Positions 1 to 6,607 of a stretch of 26,759 nucleotides of DNA are shown here, in pieces. Location of the stretch: positions 1-26,759 of the forward strand of contig DASSOW010000216.1 of the NCBI GenBank assembly GCA_035700175.1. The letters are read 5' to 3'. Origin of the DNA: Gemmatimonadales bacterium. GTDB lineage: Bacteria > Gemmatimonadota > Gemmatimonadetes > Gemmatimonadales > GWC2-71-9. How positions within the stretch are numbered: the stretch's first letter is position 1; each line of letters starts with the position of its first letter. Position numbers and translations under genes: made by a program. The notes beneath the pieces were generated by a model. It was not told the DNA's origin, searched no databases, and saw only the letters and a list, made by a program, of their open reading frames with translations.

Positions 1-289
1 TGGTCGTGAATTGAGGAAGGTCGGAGAGCTTCACGAGGCCTCATTAGTGACGCCTAATCAGTATTCGACAGCAAGTCGGCAACGTTTCCATCTTACGCCG
101 CGCAGCCGAATCCGGAAAGACAGCCTGTGCGCGATGTATCCGATCTCCGCACCGCGGAAGGCGCAGGCAACCTTCCAGTGGCCGGCAGCAATCTCCCGTA
201 CCACCAACCCTAACCCCTTGTCACCCCACACGTTCGCCTTGCAGCGAGCGCGTGTTAGACTGCGGGCAACGGTTGGCACCGTGCGGAAC

Positions 290-415
290 ACGCCGAACGC
301 CGAACGCCGAACGCCTGACGCCCAACACCCCATGCCCCATGCCCTACGCCTCACGCCCCACACCTCACGCCCTAAACCCTAAACCCTAAACCCTAAACCC
401 TAAGCCCCACGCCCC
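290..415. repeat. Degenerate heptamer tandem array, 18 units, C-rich (ACGCCGA x3 > AYGCCYY > AAACCCT x4 > AMGCCCC)
   Basis: Unbroken 7-nt register read directly from 290 to 415; includes CCCTAAA x4 at 370-397. Confidence 0.95.
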
Positions 416-463
416 AACTACATTCCCATGGCGGCCCTCTCCCACGGCCGCCAGGGAGTTCTC

Positions 464-1432
464 ATGACCGGTGTCTCAACCCACGATATCTTCGGCGACG
501 CCGACGGCGCCCAGGCCGCCACCGCCGGTTCCTACGGCCAGCAGCCCGACGGCTTTCGCCTCCCCGACCAGACCCAACTGGGCCACGTGGTCCTCCAGGT
601 CGCCGACCTCGACCGCTCGCTCGCCTGGTACCAGCGCACCCTGGGCCTCGCGCCCCTGAGCCGGGACGGCCGCCGAGCCCTGCTCGGCACCCACGACGAC
701 TCGCGTCCGCTGGTCGAACTGGTCGAGCAGCGCGGCGCCGCACCCGCACCGCATCGCGGCCGCCTCGGCCTCTACCATTTCGCCATCCTGCTGCCCGAAC
801 GCGCCGCCCTCGGCCGCTTTGTCCGACACCTCAGCGACATCAACGCCCGCGTCGGCGCCGCCGATCACCTCGTGAGTGAAGCGCTCTACCTCCAGGACCC
901 CGACAACCTCGGCATCGAGGTCTACGCCGACCGGCCGCGCGACACCTGGCGCCGGCTCGGACGCGAGCTGCTGATGGCCAGCGATCCACTGGACGTGCCC
1001 GGCCTCCTCGAAGCCGCCGGCAACAGCCGATGGCAAGGGATGCCTGCGGGCACCACGATGGGACACGTGCATCTTCACGTGGGCGACCTGGCCCAGGCGT
1101 CGGCATTCTACTCCGACGCGCTCGGGCTTGATCGCATGGTGTGGGAATACCCTGGCGCACTCTTCCTCGCCGCCGGCGGCTACCATCACCATCTTGGCAC
1201 CAACACCTGGGCCGGCCGAGGCGCGAGCCCCCCGTCGACGGATGACGCGCAACTGCTGGAATGGAATGTCGAATTGCCCGGCGCCGACGCCGTCGACGCC
1301 TCGGCGGAGAGTCTCGATCGCGCAGGGCATGCAGTGCAGTGGGACGACCAACAATCACGGTCCGGCTACGTGGCGCGCGATCCCTGGGGCACGCCGCTCC
1401 GTGTGCGCGCACGCACCGGTGCCACCACATAG
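464..1432 (+). CDS. VOC family protein, two-domain catechol 2,3-dioxygenase (CatE/YfiE)-like glyoxalase
   Basis: Motifs GHVVLQVADL, GLYHFAILLP, DHLVSEALYLQDPDNLGIEVY, GHVHLHV, GGYHHHLGTNTW; start moved to ATG 464 after AGGGAG RBS (ORF track starts at 428). Confidence 0.88.
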   Translation: MTGVSTHDIFGDADGAQAATAGSYGQQPDGFRLPDQTQLGHVVLQVADLDRSLAWYQRTLGLAPLSRDGRRALLGTHDDSRPLVELVEQRGAAPAPHRGRLGLYHFAILLPERAALGRFVRHLSDINARVGAADHLVSEALYLQDPDNLGIEVYADRPRDTWRRLGRELLMASDPLDVPGLLEAAGNSRWQGMPAGTTMGHVHLHVGDLAQASAFYSDALGLDRMVWEYPGALFLAAGGYHHHLGTNTWAGRGASPPSTDDAQLLEWNVELPGADAVDASAESLDRAGHAVQWDDQQSRSGYVARDPWGTPLRVRARTGATT

Positions 1433-1455
1433 CAGGTTTTGCGCAGGAGGATCAA

Positions 1456-1791
1456 ATGCAGCAGCGCAGCGATAACACCGACAATGACGACCTCGAGCGC
1501 GTCTCTGAGGAAGTAGCAGGACGCCTGGCGACCCTTGGCATCGAGCTTAGCGGGCGCGAGACGCCGGAGGAGCTCAGCCGGATCTCCGACGCCGTGGAGC
1601 GCTTCGAAGCGGCGGTGCAGTCACGCGGCGGCGACCTGATGATGGACGAACCCCCGCCCGGCTCCCCGCCCCAGCCCGACGATCCCCACTTCGCCCTGCC
1701 CAGCCGGAGCACCGACGAAAGCGTGGCCAGCTACCTCGCCCGGCTCGAGCGGGTGACGGAGGAGGTGTTGAGGCATCGAGCTGAGAGCTGA
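1456..1791 (+). CDS. Hypothetical protein (111 aa)
   Basis: AGGAGG RBS before ATG 1456; protein-like acidic helical sequence; stop TGA lies inside the GAGCTGA repeat. Confidence 0.75.
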   Translation: MQQRSDNTDNDDLERVSEEVAGRLATLGIELSGRETPEELSRISDAVERFEAAVQSRGGDLMMDEPPPGSPPQPDDPHFALPSRSTDESVASYLARLERVTEEVLRHRAES

Positions 1792-1850
1792 GAGCTGTGA
1801 GCTGTGAGCTATGAGCTATGAGCTGTGAGCTATGAGCTGTGAGCTGTGAG
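1778..1850. repeat. Heptamer array GAGCT(GA/GT/AT) x10, left arm of inverted pair flanking the four-helix-bundle gene
   Basis: Unit variants in order GA,GA,GT,GT,AT,AT,GT,AT,GT,GT followed by GAG. Confidence 0.97.
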
Positions 1851-1928
1851 TGGAAAGGGTCCGTCACGCGCGATGTCGGTACTGAGGTGCGCGGCTCCGT
1901 TGCTTAGGATGCAGGGCAGGAGGAGCTG

Positions 1929-2288
1929 ATGCCGAACTACAAGTCGCTGCAGGTGACGACGCACGCACTGGACATCGTGGAGGACGTATATGACGCCACC
2001 TGCGGCTTTCCGTCGGATGAGCGCTATGGACTTTCAAGCCAGATGCGACGGGCGGCAGTGTCAATCGGGGCGAATATTGCGGAGGGCGCCGGGCGTGGAG
2101 GAGATCGAGAATTCGCTCGATTCCTCCGAATCGCGCGCGGCTCGGTTCATGAACTGGAATTCGAAGTGCTCACCGGTCTCAAGCTGGGAATCCTCAGCAA
2201 GGACATCGCGGACGAGCTGCAGGCCAGCCTTGAGGAACAAAGCCGTATGCTCAGCGGATTGATTCGCAAGCTCTCGTCCAGCTCGTAG
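1929..2288 (+). CDS. Four helix bundle protein (TIGR02436 / PF05635 23S_rRNA_IVP, bAvd-like fold)
   Basis: Signature FPSDERYGLSSQMRRAAVSIGANIAEGAGR...EFARFLRIARGSVHELE; 119 aa; AGGAGGAG RBS. Confidence 0.93.
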   Translation: MPNYKSLQVTTHALDIVEDVYDATCGFPSDERYGLSSQMRRAAVSIGANIAEGAGRGGDREFARFLRIARGSVHELEFEVLTGLKLGILSKDIADELQASLEEQSRMLSGLIRKLSSSS

Positions 2289-2347
2289 CTCACAGCTCAC
2301 AGCTCATAGCTCACAGCTCATAGCTCACAGCTCACAGCGCGCAGCTC
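2278..2347. repeat. Heptamer array (AC/AT)AGCTC, about 10 units, right arm; reverse complement of 1778-1850
   Basis: 2289-2327 is the exact reverse complement of 1812-1850. Confidence 0.97.
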
Positions 2348-2753
2348 AGCGCTCAAGGCACGCCACCTCCCACACGTGCCCATCCGGATCCTGGAAATAC
2401 CCTGAATACCCGCCCCAGAACGCCTTTGCCGCCGGCTTGACGATCGTGGCACCGGCGGCCGCCGCCTGCGCCATCACGGCGTCCACCTCTTCCCTGCTGC
2501 CGACATTGTGGCCGATGCTGAACTCCGTGGCACTGCGCGATGAGAGCGCGAGTCCCGTGTCATGCGCCAGACTCTTCCTCGGCCAGACCGCCAGCTTGAG
2601 GCCGGGCTGCAATTCAAAGAACGCCACCGCGCCGTGCTCGAATTCGGTGCCAACGATGCCCTTGGTGGGCAGGCCAAGCCCGTCACGATAAAAGCGCAGC
2701 GCGCGATCGAGGTCGTCGACGGCCAGGGTGAGGAGGGTGATGTGGGGATGCAT
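2346..2753 (-). CDS. VOC family protein (glyoxalase/bleomycin resistance family)
   Basis: ITLLTLAVDDLDRALRFYRDGLG and FWGGYSGYFQDPDGHVWEVA motifs. Confidence 0.92.
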   Translation of the reverse strand: MHPHITLLTLAVDDLDRALRFYRDGLGLPTKGIVGTEFEHGAVAFFELQPGLKLAVWPRKSLAHDTGLALSSRSATEFSIGHNVGSREEVDAVMAQAAAAGATIVKPAAKAFWGGYSGYFQDPDGHVWEVACLER

Positions 2754-2757
2754 GAGA

Positions 2758-2856
2758 TTTAGGGCTTAGGGCTTGGGGCTTGGGGCTCGGGGGTCGCGAG
2801 TCACGGGTCACGGGTCACGCGCCTTCTCACGCCCCATGCCTCATGCCCCACGCCCA
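2758..2856. repeat. Composite heptamer arrays: G-rich arm (TTTAGGG, CTTAGGG, CTTGGGG x2, CTCGGGG, then 4 GTCACGG-type units) and C-rich arm (ACGCCCC, ATGCCTC, ATGCCCC, ACGCCCA)
   Basis: Read directly; 2758-2820 and 2829-2856; GGGGC/GCCCC cores are complementary. Confidence 0.88.
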
Positions 2857-3653
2857 AAAAATTCTCTCCTCAGCTTCCGATTCAGCCACCGCAACTTCAC
2901 CGCATCGCGCAGCACGCGACCGGGGCGACGGAGCGCCTTGGAACTCAGGAAGTAAGTATGGAGAAGGCTGGGAGCCGTACTGTGCGACACGGGATGCGCC
3001 ACCCGATAAATCGCGCCACGAAAGGGCAGCGTCTCAAGCGGGGTCCCGGCATCGGCCAGGATACCGGCGATGCGAAGGTGACTGCCGAGCGTCGCCTTGA
3101 TCCAGTCGCAGTCAGCATGCTCGAAGCATTGCGGCAGGCCATACAGGTCCGAGCGGATCATGAGCGATGTCCCGCAGAGCCGGTTGAATTCATTGTACTG
3201 CAGGAGGAGCCGGCCGCCGTCGTTCCATATATAGCCCCGACTGACGACCCAGCCGTTGGCATCCGGATGCCTCGCGGCGTGCTCAACCAGCCGAGCGCTC
3301 ACGAAGTCGTCATCATCCACGATCATGAAGAAGCGGCTGTCCCGCGCGCGCAGCATGCCCTTGAGCACTCGGCGCCCCTTGTCAAACCGGAACGCCTCGA
3401 GGAAAGCGTCCAGGTCCGCCCCGCGTCGCTCGTGCATCTCGTTCGGGGGAAAGGTGACCCACTCGACCTCGAACCCAGGCGGCAGCTCGGGCAGGTCGGC
3501 CTCTTCGTTGGCCACGATGATGGCGCGCCAGTCGTCGCGAGTCTGGTTGGCGATCGATGCCATCGTCTGCGTGAGGTTGGCCTTGAGCGCGGCCCAGTCG
3601 CGGGCGTTGTCCTGGTGGCGAACCGGAATGACAAAGGTGACGAGTGGCGTCAT
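2841..3653 (-). CDS. Glycosyltransferase, GT-A fold (resembles rhizobial PssJ-type EPS galactosyltransferase)
   Basis: N-terminal VTFVIPVRH and FFMIVDDDDFV (DXD) motifs; ATG 3653 overlaps the stop of the upstream gene (ATGA). Confidence 0.75.
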   Translation of the reverse strand: MTPLVTFVIPVRHQDNARDWAALKANLTQTMASIANQTRDDWRAIIVANEEADLPELPPGFEVEWVTFPPNEMHERRGADLDAFLEAFRFDKGRRVLKGMLRARDSRFFMIVDDDDFVSARLVEHAARHPDANGWVVSRGYIWNDGGRLLLQYNEFNRLCGTSLMIRSDLYGLPQCFEHADCDWIKATLGSHLRIAGILADAGTPLETLPFRGAIYRVAHPVSHSTAPSLLHTYFLSSKALRRPGRVLRDAVKLRWLNRKLRREFFGRGA

Positions 3654-4654
3654 GCACCAGCCCGCTGGTTCGCCTGCTCGCGCGCCCACGCGATGCCGTC
3701 GTCCAGCGATGTCGCGAGGTACGATAGCCCGGTGCCGCCGGTGAACGCGCTCATGGAGTTCCGCACCTTGCCGTAGCTGTTGTCGAGCACCGCATGGGGC
3801 CGCCCCAGCAGCAGTGAGACAATATGCACGTGCAGCCGGTCGGTGACGATGGCCCGCCCGCGCGACAGCTGCCGAACCCCGCGCCGGACGCGCTGCCGCG
3901 CTGCCGCGTCGAGCATCCGGAGTCGCCGCCTCCCCGGCTCGAACGCAAGCAGCGCCGACGCCGCCCCGCGCAGCTTGGCAACCCTGACCGGCATCCTCGG
4001 CTCGGTAATCCAGTCCTCGATGGGGACCTCGGTCCACGCCGACCGATCGGCCCGCCCCGCCATCTTCTCCTGGTCGTTCCGCAGCATCGCCAGCACCGGG
4101 AACCGGGCCGGGTCAGGCTCGAGCGCGCCAAGGTAGCAGGCCACGTCGGGACAGAGGCGCACTTCGCAGTCGAAATGCCGCTCGGCGAAGTGCTGTGATG
4201 CCTCGTCCCGCACCAGCAGGACAAAGTGCCTGTGGCGGCCGATGATCCGCGCCGTCACCTCGGCGCGCGCCGGCGACTTGTAATGAATGGACTGGGGAAA
4301 CTGGATTACCTGGCGGTTGGGACACTGCTCCAGCACCCGTTCCCGGAAGTCCTGGTGGGCAATCCAGAGGTCGCCAAAATTCCCGCCACCCTGCAGGAAG
4401 ATGGGGCCCTCCGGCATGACCCGGTCAAGCTCGCGCACCGAGAAGTCGTCGATCCGTGAGACGTAGGCGGGCGGCTTGCCGTGGTGGTCGCGCAGGTAGG
4501 CCATCTCTCCCAGCCAGATGGCCGAGTCACCGACATTGCGGTAATCGGGAAAATCGAGGATCGCCAGCGGCGCCTCAGCCGGGACGAGATCCCCGAGGCA
4601 GGCATGGATCTGGTCCCTCAGGCCAGCCAGCAGCGCGGTCCTGGATTTCGGCAT
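3650..4654 (-). CDS. Polysaccharide pyruvyl transferase family protein (EpsO/PssK-like)
   Basis: NVGDSAIWLGE, GGGNFGDLW, PQSIHY, TDRLHVHI, DNSYGK motifs. Confidence 0.9.
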   Translation of the reverse strand: MPKSRTALLAGLRDQIHACLGDLVPAEAPLAILDFPDYRNVGDSAIWLGEMAYLRDHHGKPPAYVSRIDDFSVRELDRVMPEGPIFLQGGGNFGDLWIAHQDFRERVLEQCPNRQVIQFPQSIHYKSPARAEVTARIIGRHRHFVLLVRDEASQHFAERHFDCEVRLCPDVACYLGALEPDPARFPVLAMLRNDQEKMAGRADRSAWTEVPIEDWITEPRMPVRVAKLRGAASALLAFEPGRRRLRMLDAAARQRVRRGVRQLSRGRAIVTDRLHVHIVSLLLGRPHAVLDNSYGKVRNSMSAFTGGTGLSYLATSLDDGIAWAREQANQRAGA

Positions 4655-4660
4655 CAGGGA

Positions 4661-4688
4661 GCCAAGGGTCGAGGGTCAAGAGTCGAGG
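4661..4688. repeat. Short heptamer array (GCCAAGG, GTCGAGG, GTCAAGA, GTCGAGG)
   Basis: Four units in register just upstream of the minus-strand start at 4654. Confidence 0.7.
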
Positions 4689-4785
4689 GCACCCAAACTT
4701 ATCCCGTCCTCCTGCCGGCGAAAGCACCCCCCCGAGGGACACTCCGGCCTGGCTCTTTCACGCGAGAGGCGATTAATGCCGGCCC

Positions 4786-5355
4786 TCACACCCCCCCGCC
4801 AATCTGCTCCAGCGCTCGCTGCGAGTCCCGGATCTGGTTGTAGACCTGCCGGGCGTCATCAATCATCTCGAAGCTCGGCGGCAGATAGCGGCCGGTGCCG
4901 GGCCATCCCACGTTGGCCCACATCGCATAGCGTGGGTCGGTGGCGCCAAGGGAAATCGTTCCACTCCGGTCGCCGCGCTCCTTGAGCGACAGGTCGCTCA
5001 AGTTCCGGAGCGAGAGGCTCTTCACCCCCTTGGATGTCCGGATGATTGCTCGCTGGTTCGTGAGTCCGTAGTACGTGCGGCTCCGCTGCCAGGCGTCATA
5101 GAAGAAGCGCCCGAAGATGATGTAGATCCCGACCAGGACGAACGGGATCCCCCAGAGCGCAAAGAAGCCCGGGCCGCCCTGCTTCAGGACACTCCACTCC
5201 CAGAAGAAGGCAAACCCGCCCCACATGAGACTGAACGGAATCATCAATGCATCGTTCGACCGAAGCCGCAGGCCCTGCCTTGGCCGGCCGCTCCAGAGGA
5301 GCCGTTCACCGGCGGACAGTTCCTGCTGGAGTTCACGCTGGGCGCTGTGGTCCAT
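4786..5355 (-). CDS. Membrane protein with two TM helices and a probable bacterial PH-like domain
   Basis: GERLLWSGRP N-terminus, two hydrophobic segments, YYGLTNQRAII motif typical of this hypothetical family. Confidence 0.78.
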   Translation of the reverse strand: MDHSAQRELQQELSAGERLLWSGRPRQGLRLRSNDALMIPFSLMWGGFAFFWEWSVLKQGGPGFFALWGIPFVLVGIYIIFGRFFYDAWQRSRTYYGLTNQRAIIRTSKGVKSLSLRNLSDLSLKERGDRSGTISLGATDPRYAMWANVGWPGTGRYLPPSFEMIDDARQVYNQIRDSQRALEQIGGGV

Positions 5356-5359
5356 GAGA

Positions 5360-5431
5360 GTCGTGGTTCGAGGGTCGAGGGTTCCTTCGCTGCGCTCAGG
5401 ACAAGCTCCGGGTCGAGCGTCCAGGTCTAGC
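5360..5431. repeat. GTCGAGG-type heptamer array interrupted by a 23-nt REP-like segment CCTTCGCTGCGCTCAGGACAAGC (5384-5406)
   Basis: Units GTCGTGG, TTCGAGG, GTCGAGG, then the insert, then GTCGAGC, GTCCAG, GTCTAGC. Confidence 0.65.
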
Positions 5432-6023
5432 GCTTAATCAGCAGCCCGCACCGCGCCAGCCGGTAGAACAGGTTGAGGTCCGCCAGTTCATTCTCCCTAA
5501 GCTCCAGTCGCAGCGAATCAAATCGGACCTCAGCCCTCCCGGCTCGGGCAACCGAGGCCAGTGACGCCGGCGTCAGTCGCAGGACGACCGGCAGTACGGG
5601 CGACACGATCCTGCCCTCCTCCCTGGGTAGCTTGGGAACGCCCAGGTCGAGTGTCAGCGAGTCGTCGAGCAGCAGGACGAGATGCTCGGCGGCGGTCGCC
5701 CCGGCGAGCGTCGCGGGGAGGTTGAGCATCAGGCTCGCCGCCGGGGCGGGCTGCGGATCGGTTCCTGGATATTCTGCCAGCGCGTGGACCCTTGGCTTGA
5801 GGCCCCGCACCGCGCCGCTCAGCGCTGTGACTCCAGGGGACCTGGACGAGCGCGCGGCCCGCACGACCGCGCGACGCTGCGCCTTGGTAATCGGGCCCAC
5901 GAGACTGTCGGCCGCCGGACAGCTTGCCGCCTTCATGGTCCGGAATTCGGGGTCTTGCGCCCGCAACGGTGCTCCACGCACCACAAGGCCGGTGAGCAGC
6001 AGGAGACTTGCCTTGCGAATCAT
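5427..6023 (-). CDS. Hypothetical exported protein (198 aa)
   Basis: Signal-peptide-like N-terminus (MIRKASLLLLTGLVVRGAPLRA-Q); GGAGGAG RBS. Confidence 0.65.
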   Translation of the reverse strand: MIRKASLLLLTGLVVRGAPLRAQDPEFRTMKAASCPAADSLVGPITKAQRRAVVRAARSSRSPGVTALSGAVRGLKPRVHALAEYPGTDPQPAPAASLMLNLPATLAGATAAEHLVLLLDDSLTLDLGVPKLPREEGRIVSPVLPVVLRLTPASLASVARAGRAEVRFDSLRLELRENELADLNLFYRLARCGLLIKR

Positions 6024-6051
6024 CAGCTCTCCTCCAGGATGGTACGCGACA

Positions 6052-6255
6052 TCATCGCAGTCTGACCCAGAGCCCCGGGATCAGCAGCGTCGTCATCGGC
6101 TCACGTGATATTGGCTCCCGGTGCAGCTCGACGCCGACGCGTAGAGGAGTGCGCTGGCTTGGCGGCATTGGCAGAATCACCAGCGATCCACGTGCGAGCA
6201 GCCACCGCATGCCGCGTCTGCCATCGGGCAGCGTGATGAATGGCTCAGTGTTCAC
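6052..6255 (-). CDS. Possible small hypothetical protein (67 aa)
   Basis: ORF co-oriented with the downstream gene and filling the gap; no recognisable motif. Confidence 0.35.
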   Translation of the reverse strand: MNTEPFITLPDGRRGMRWLLARGSLVILPMPPSQRTPLRVGVELHREPISREPMTTLLIPGLWVRLR

Positions 6256-6287
6256 AGCTTAGCGCGGGGAGTGGCGGAGGGCAATGT

Positions 6288-6392
6288 TGCGCTGTGCGCT
6301 GTGCGCTGTGCGCTATGCGCTATGCGCTATGCGCCGTGCGCCGTGCGCCAGGCGCCAGGCGCCAGGCGCCGCGCGCTCAGCGCCGCGCGCTG
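6288..6392. repeat. Heptamer array NGCGCYN x15 (TGCGCTG x3, TGCGCTA x3, TGCGCCG x2, TGCGCCA, GGCGCCA x2, ...)
   Basis: Unbroken 7-nt register with stepwise unit drift. Confidence 0.95.
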
Positions 6393-6520
6393 TCATTGCG
6401 AGCACGCCCATCGGGCGTGCGAAGCAACCTTGCAGCCTGGAAGTGATCTCTTGGCCGAGCTCCGCCAGCTTCTGGGCTGGTGCGCTCGACACCGGCAGGA
6501 CCGGCGGATGTCGCGAGCTG

Positions 6521-6544
6521 CTCGACTCTCGACTCTCGACCCTC
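6521..6544. repeat. Heptamer array CTCGACT x2, CTCGACC, CTC
   Basis: Read directly; reverse-complement type of the GTCGAGG arrays at 4661 and 5360. Confidence 0.75.
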
Positions 6545-6570
6545 AGCTTGCGCGGACTCCGTCGACCATA

Positions 6571-6588
6571 TATCTTAGCGCTAAGATA
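6571..6588. promoter_or_regulatory. Perfect 18-bp palindrome TATCTTAGCGCTAAGATA, MhqR (MarR-family)-like operator
   Basis: AT-rich palindrome 19 nt before an MhqO-type dioxygenase start; TATCT-N8-AGATA matches my recollection of the Bacillus/Staphylococcus MhqR 9-9 box. Confidence 0.7.
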
Positions 6589-6607
6589 AATCACCTTGAA
6601 GGAACTC

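Noticed and set aside
11..382. ORFs 11..382 (+) and 58..363 (-) as genes
   Set aside because: No recognisable motif or RBS, and a large part is translated heptamer repeat.
370..397. CCCTAAA x4 (plant-type telomere repeat) and TTAGGG-like runs at 2758 and 10861 as telomeric or eukaryotic contamination
   Set aside because: Only a few copies, in register with non-telomeric heptamers, and embedded between or within the ends of clearly bacterial genes.
1929..2288. 23S rRNA intervening sequence or diversity-generating retroelement
   Set aside because: No rRNA sequence flanks the gene, and no reverse transcriptase or TR/VR pair is in the window; the family name alone does not imply either.
1778..2347. 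CRISPR array or IS terminal inverted repeats
   Set aside because: No unique spacers, no cas or transposase gene, and no target-site duplication seen.
290..2792. Outer inverted pair 290-415 / 2758-2792 nesting the whole first gene block
   Set aside because: Units are related (CCCTAAA/TTTAGGG, CCCTAAG/CTTAGGG), but their order is not mirrored, polarity is opposite to all other pairs, and 2758 has a local partner at 2829.
4700..4785. Possible c-di-GMP-type riboswitch (GCGAAAGC...GGGAC...CTCCGGCCT)
   Set aside because: Only fragmentary resemblance, and on the strand opposite to the flanking genes; would need an Infernal/Rfam hit.
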